Origin: the human T2T-CHM13v2.0 reference genome, Homo sapiens
Strand: one strand, 5' to 3'
Assembly (NCBI RefSeq): GCF_009914755.1
Contig: NC_060933.1
Length of the DNA stretch: 64,000 bases
Under the pieces are notes generated by a model, which was not told the DNA's origin, searched no databases, and saw only the letters and a list, made by a program, of their open reading frames with translations. The translations under genes were made by a program, and so were the position numbers. Below, piece by piece: positions 57,480-64,000 of the stretch (positions are counted from its first letter, which is position 1; every line of letters begins with the position of its first letter).

Positions 57480-60400
57480 GAGGGAGAGCTCCTGGGATAA
57501 TGGTGGATGGGAGGCAGGACTAGATTGCAGCTCCAGACAGAGCAGCATGCAGAGGGTTGCATTGTGAATTTTAGCTCCAGATTGACTGCAAGAACGAACC
57601 AGCAATCCCGAGAGGACCCAGAGACCCTCTGAAGAAAGCAGGCTGACCCTGCAAGACCCAAGAAACGCCCAAATAATGTGAGTGCCCCAACTGCAGAAGT
57701 GGGAAAGGGAGACCCTCCTTTCCTGAACACACACCCCCACTGGAGAAGTTGAAGGTCTGTTTGCAGGAGAAGTTTCTGACTTTTCCTGGAGCTGAGTCAA
57801 GTTAGAGAGCCAAGTGAAATACAGGGGTAGAAGAAGCAGCAGAAAGGCCCTGGGGGCTCGCTGGGTCCCCAAGCAGCTAGTTCCTGCCTGGCACCACAGG
57901 GATCCATTGCGGGGGTGGCCAGAGGAGCAGGGGGTAAAACTCCACAGGGAGAAGGAATTCTCTAGCCTAACTTTATAACAATTTGAATGGGGTGAGAAGC
58001 CTCCTGGCCAGAACTCAGGGGAGGGCATGAATCCAGCGTGCAGACTTCACAGACAGGGGAAGAACTAAAGCCCTTTTCTTTCTCAGCTGGAAGGTGGATA
58101 GCATTGGGACAGTTTTCAAGCCCATCTTGCCCTCCACCTGGAAACAGACTAGGGGCTGTTGGGGAGGACACAGTGGGAGTGAGACCGGCCCTTCAGTTTG
58201 CATGGGAGCTGGGTGAGGCCTAAGACTGCCAGCTTTCCCCCACTTCCCTGACAACCTGCAAGACTCAGCAGAGGCAGCCACAATCCTCCTAGGTATATAA
58301 CTCCAGTGACCTGGGAATCTCACCCTCATCCCCCACAGCAGCCTCAGCAAGACCTGCCCAAGGAGAGTCTGAGCTCAGACATGCCTAACCCCACCCCTAC
58401 CCAATGGTCCTTCCCTATCTACCCTGGTAGCGGAAGACAAACGGCATATAATCTTGGGAGTTCTAGGGCCCTGCCCACCACTGGTCCCTCTCCACACTAC
58501 TATAGCTGATGCTTTCTGGAAAGCACTACCTCCTGGCAGGAGGCCAACCAACACAAAAATAGAACATTAAATCATCAAAGCTAAGAACCCTCACGGAGCC
58601 CACTGCACCCACCACCACCTCCACCGGAATAGGCACTAGTAAGCATGGCTGAGAGACCCATAGATGGTTCACATCACAGGACTCTATGCAGACAACCCCC
58701 ACCACCAGCCCAGAGCCAGGTAGACTCGCTGGGCAGGTAGACTCGCTGGGCAGCTAGACCCAGAAGAGAGACAACAATTACTGCAGTTCGGCTCACAGGA
58801 AGCCACATCCATAGAAAAAGGGGGAGAGTAATACATCAAGGGAACACCTCATGCAACAAAAGAATCTGAACAACAGCCTTCAGCCCTAGATCTTCCCTCT
58901 GACAGAGGCTACCCAAATGAGAAGGAACCAGAAAACTAACCCCGGTAATATGACAAAACAAGGCTCTTCAACACCTCCCCAAAAATCACACTAGTTCACC
59001 AGCAATGGATCCAAGCCAAGAAGAAATCCCTGATTTACCTGAAAAAGAATTCAGGAGGTTAGTTATTAAGCTAATCAGGGAGGGAACAGAGAAAGGCAAA
59101 GCCCAATGCAAGGAAATCCAAAAAATGATGCAAGAAGTGAAAGGAGAAATATTCAAGGAAACAGATTAAAGAAAAAAAACAATAAAAAATTCAGGAAACT
59201 TTTGACACACTTGTAGAAATGTGAAATACTCTGGAAAGTCTCAGCAATAGAATTGAACAAGTAGAAGAAAGAAATTCAAAGCTTGAAGACAAGGTCTCCG
59301 AATTAACCCAATCCAATAAAGGCAAAGAAAAAAGAATAAGAAAATATTAACCAAGCCTCCAAGAAGTCTGGGATTATGTTAAATGACCAAACCTAAGAAT
59401 AATTAGTGTTTCTGAGGAAGAAGAGAATTCTAAAAGCTTGGAAAACATATTTGGGGGAATAATTGAAGAAAACTTCCCCAGCCTTGCTACAGACCTAGAT
59501 ATCCAAATACAAGAAGCAAAAAGAACACCTGAAAATTCATCGCAAAAAGATCTTTGCCTAGGCACATTGTCATCAGGTTATCCAAAGTTAAGATGAAGGA
59601 AAGAATTTTAAGAACTGTGAGACAGAAGCACCAGGTAACCTATAAAGGAAAACCTATCAAATTAACAGTAGATTTCTCAGCAGAAACCCTACAAGCTAGA
59701 AGGAGTGGGGCCCTATCTTTGGCCTCCCCAAACAAAACAGTTATCAGCCAAGAATTTTGTATGCAGTGAAACTAAGCATCATATATGAAGGAAAGATACA
59801 GTCATTTTCAGATAAACAAATGCTGAGAGAATTCACCATTACCAAGCCACCACTACAAGAACTGCTAAAAGGAGCTCTAAATCTTGAAACAAATCCTGGA
59901 AACACATCAAAACAGAACCTCTTTAAAGCATAAGTCACACAGGACCTATAAAACAAAAATATAAGTTAAAAAGCAAAAACAAAAGAAAATAAAACAAAAC
60001 AAAAAACGAAGTTCACAGGCAACAAAGCACATGATGAATGCAACAGTACCTCACATTTCAATACTAACATTGAATGTAAATGGCCTAAATGCTCCACTTA
60101 GAAGATGCAGAACCACAGAATTGATAAGAACTCACCAACCAACTATCTGCTGCCTTCAGGAGACTCAACTAACACAAAAGGACTCACATAAAATTAAAGT
60201 AAAGGGGTGGGGAAAAAAGGCATTTCATGAAAATGGACACCAAAAGCCAGCAGGGGTAGCTATTCTTATGTCAGACAAAATAAACTTCAAGGCAACAGTG
60301 GTTAAAAGAGACAAAGAGGTACATTATATAATGGTAAAAGGCCTCATCCAACAGGAAAATATCACCATCCTAAACATATGCACCTATCACTGGAGCTCCC

Positions 60401-60896
60401 AAATTTATAAAACAATTACTAACAGACCTAAGAAACGAGATAGCAACACAATAATAGTGGGGGACTTCAATACTCCACTGACAACACTAGACAGGCCATC
60501 AAGACAGAAAGTCAACAAGGAAACAAAGGATTTAAATAATACCTTGGAACAAATGGACTTAACAGATACATACAGAATATTTCATCCAACAACCACAGAA
60601 TATACATTCTATTCAACAGCACATGGAACTTTCTCCAAGACAGACCATAATATGATAGGCCATAAAACGAGCCTCAATAAATTTTAGAAAATTGAAATTA
60701 TGTCAAGCACTCTCTCAAACCACAGTGGAATAAAACTGGAAATCAACTCCAAAAGGAGCCCTCAAACCCACGCAAATACATGGAAATTAGATAACCTGCT
60801 CCTGAATGAGCATTGAGTCAAAAACGAAATCAAGATGGAAATTTAAAAATTCTTCAAACTGAATGACAATAATAACACAACCTATCAAAACCTCTG

Positions 60897-61253
<357 letters not shown>

Positions 61254-61419
61254 CTACATCAAAAAGTCTGAAAGAGCACAAGCAGACGATCTAAGGTCAC
61301 ACCTCAAGGAACTAGAGAAACTAGAACAAACCAAACCCTAACCCAGCAGAATAAAAGAAATAACCAAGATCGGACCAGAGCTAAATGAAATTGAAACAAC
61401 AACAAAAAAAAACAATACA

Positions 61420-61787
<368 letters not shown>

Positions 61788-64000
61788 TTAGCAAGATTAA
61801 CCAAGAAGAAAGAAAATCCAAATAACCTCACTAAGAAATGAAACAGGAGATACTACAACTGACACCACTGAAATTCAAAAGATTATTCAAGGGTACTATA
61901 AACACCTTTACACACATAAACTAGAAAACCTAGAAGAGATGGATAAATTCCTGGAAAAATACAACCCTCCTAGCTTAAATCAGAAAGAATTAGATACCCT
62001 GAACAGACCACTAACAAGCAGCGAGATTGAAATGCTAATTAAAAAATTACCAACAAGAGAAAGTCCAGGACCAGACGGATTCACAGATGAATTCTACTAG
62101 ACATTCAAAGAAGAATTGGTGCCAATCCTTTTGACACTATTCCACAAGATAGAGAAACAGGAAGGAACCCTCCTTAATTCATTCTATGAAGCCAACATGA
62201 CCCTAATACCAAAACCAGGAAAGGACATAACCAAAAAAGAAAACTACAGACTGATATCCTTGATGAACACAGATGCTAAAATCCTTAACAAAATACTAGC
62301 TAACCAAATCCAACAACATATCACAAAGAGAATCCACTATGATCAAGTGGGTTCCATACCAGGGATGAAGGGATGGTTTAACATACGCAAGTCAATAAAT
62401 GTGATACACCACATAAACAGAATTTAAAACAAAAATCACATGATCATCTCAGTAGATGCAGAAAAAGAGTTTGACAAAATCCAGCATCACTTTATGATTA
62501 AAACTCTCAGCAAAATCAGCATACAAGGGACATACCTTAATGTAATAAAAGCTATCTATGACAAACCCACAGCCAACATAATACTGAATGGGGAAAAGTT
62601 GCAAGCATTCCCTCTGAGAACTGGAACAAGACAAGGATGCCCACTCTCAACACTCCTCTTCAACATAGTATTGAAAGTCCTAGCCAGAGCAATAAGACAA
62701 GAGAAAGAAATAAAGAGCATCCAAATCAGTAAAGAGGAAGTCAAACTGTCACTGTTTGCTGACTATAAGATCATTTACCTTGAAAACCCTAAGGGCTCCT
62801 CCAGAAAGCTCCTAGAACTGATAAAAGAATTCAGCAAAGTTTCCAGATACAAGATTAATGTACGAAAATCAGTAGCTCTTCTGCACACCAACAGCAACCA
62901 AGTGGAGAATCAAATCAAGAACTCAACCCCTTTTACGATAGCTGCAAAAAAAATACTTAAGAATATACCTAACAAAGGAGTCGAAAGACCTCTACAAGGA
63001 CAACTATAAAACACTGCTGAAATAAATCATAGACAACACAAACAAATGTTAACACAACACAAACAAATGTTAACACAACCCATGCTCATGGATGGGTAGA
63101 CTCAGTATTGTGAAAATGACCATACTGCCAAAAGCAATCTACAAATTCAACGCAATCCCCATCAAAATACCACCATCATTCTTCACAGAATTAGAAAAAA
63201 CAATTCTAAAATTCATATGGAACCAAAAATGAGCCCATAACCCACATAGCCAAAGCAAGATAAAGTAAAAAGAACAAATCTGGAGGTATCACACTACTTT
63301 ATTTCAAACTATATTATAAGGCCATAGTTACCAAAACAGCATGGTACTGGTATAAAAATAGGCACATAGATCAATGGAACAGAATATAGAACCCAAAAAT
63401 AAACCCAAATGCTTACAGTCAATTGATCTTCAACAAAGCAAACAAAAAACATAAAGTGGGGAAAGGATAACCTTTTCAACAAATAGTGCTGGGATAATTG
63501 GCTAGCCACCTGTAGGAGAATGAAACTGGATCCTCATCTCTCACCTTATACAAAAATCAACTAAAGATGGATTAATGACTTAAACCTAAGATGTGAAACT
63601 ATAAAAATTCTAGAAGATAACATTGGAAAACCCCTTCTAGACTTTGGCTTAGGCAAGGATTTCATGACCCAAAAGTAAATGCAATAAAAACAAAGATAAA
63701 TAGCTGGGACCTAATTAAACTAAAGAGCTTTTGCATGGCAAAAGGAACAGTCAGCAGAGTAAACAGACAACCCACAGAGTAGGAGAAGATCTTAACAATC
63801 TATACATCTGACAAAGGACTAATATCCAGAGTCTACAACGAACTCTAACAAATCAGTAAGAAAAAAACAAACAATCACATCAAAAAATGGGCCAAGGACA
63901 TGAACAGACAATTTTCAAAAGAAGATAGACAAATGGCCAACAAACAAATGAAAAAATGTTCAACATCACACACTAATGATCAGGGAAATGCAAATCAAAA

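Overview
Primate (almost certainly human) repeat-dense DNA with no intact protein-coding exon. Nearly all ORFs in the supplied track are LINE-1/Alu-derived or spurious. Bases 1-~1045 look like the last kilobase of a + strand 3'UTR; from memory it resembles IL33, but this is unverified. The window holds two full-length, TSD-bounded but ORF-disrupted L1PA elements in inverted orientation (1097-7528 minus, L1PA5-like; 38407-44588 plus, L1PA4-like) and an L1PB running off the right edge. It also holds processed pseudogenes of GCSH and SELENOT, about 25 Alus (one a young AluYd8), MaLR/ERVL/ERV1 solo LTRs, Tigger and MER5 DNA transposons, old L1M, MIR and L2 fragments, and microsatellites. The most notable observations are these. 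(1) The SELENOT retrocopy keeps a 163-codon frame across its Sec TGA, but the SECIS kink-turn GA is mutated. (2) A 1.4-kb unidentified orphan retroposed sequence has a tail and TSD. (3) A solo poly(A) insertion has a perfect 12-bp TSD. (4) An extended 158-aa L1 ORF0 points toward the retrocopies. (5) The two inverted L1s share ORF2 variants that appear non-consensus, which may reflect gene conversion. (6) A complex templated duplication abuts the GCSH retrocopy. I see no firm evidence of a new biological system; these are testable retrotransposition and repair oddities. Subfamily and parent-gene comparisons rely on recalled consensus sequences, not alignments.
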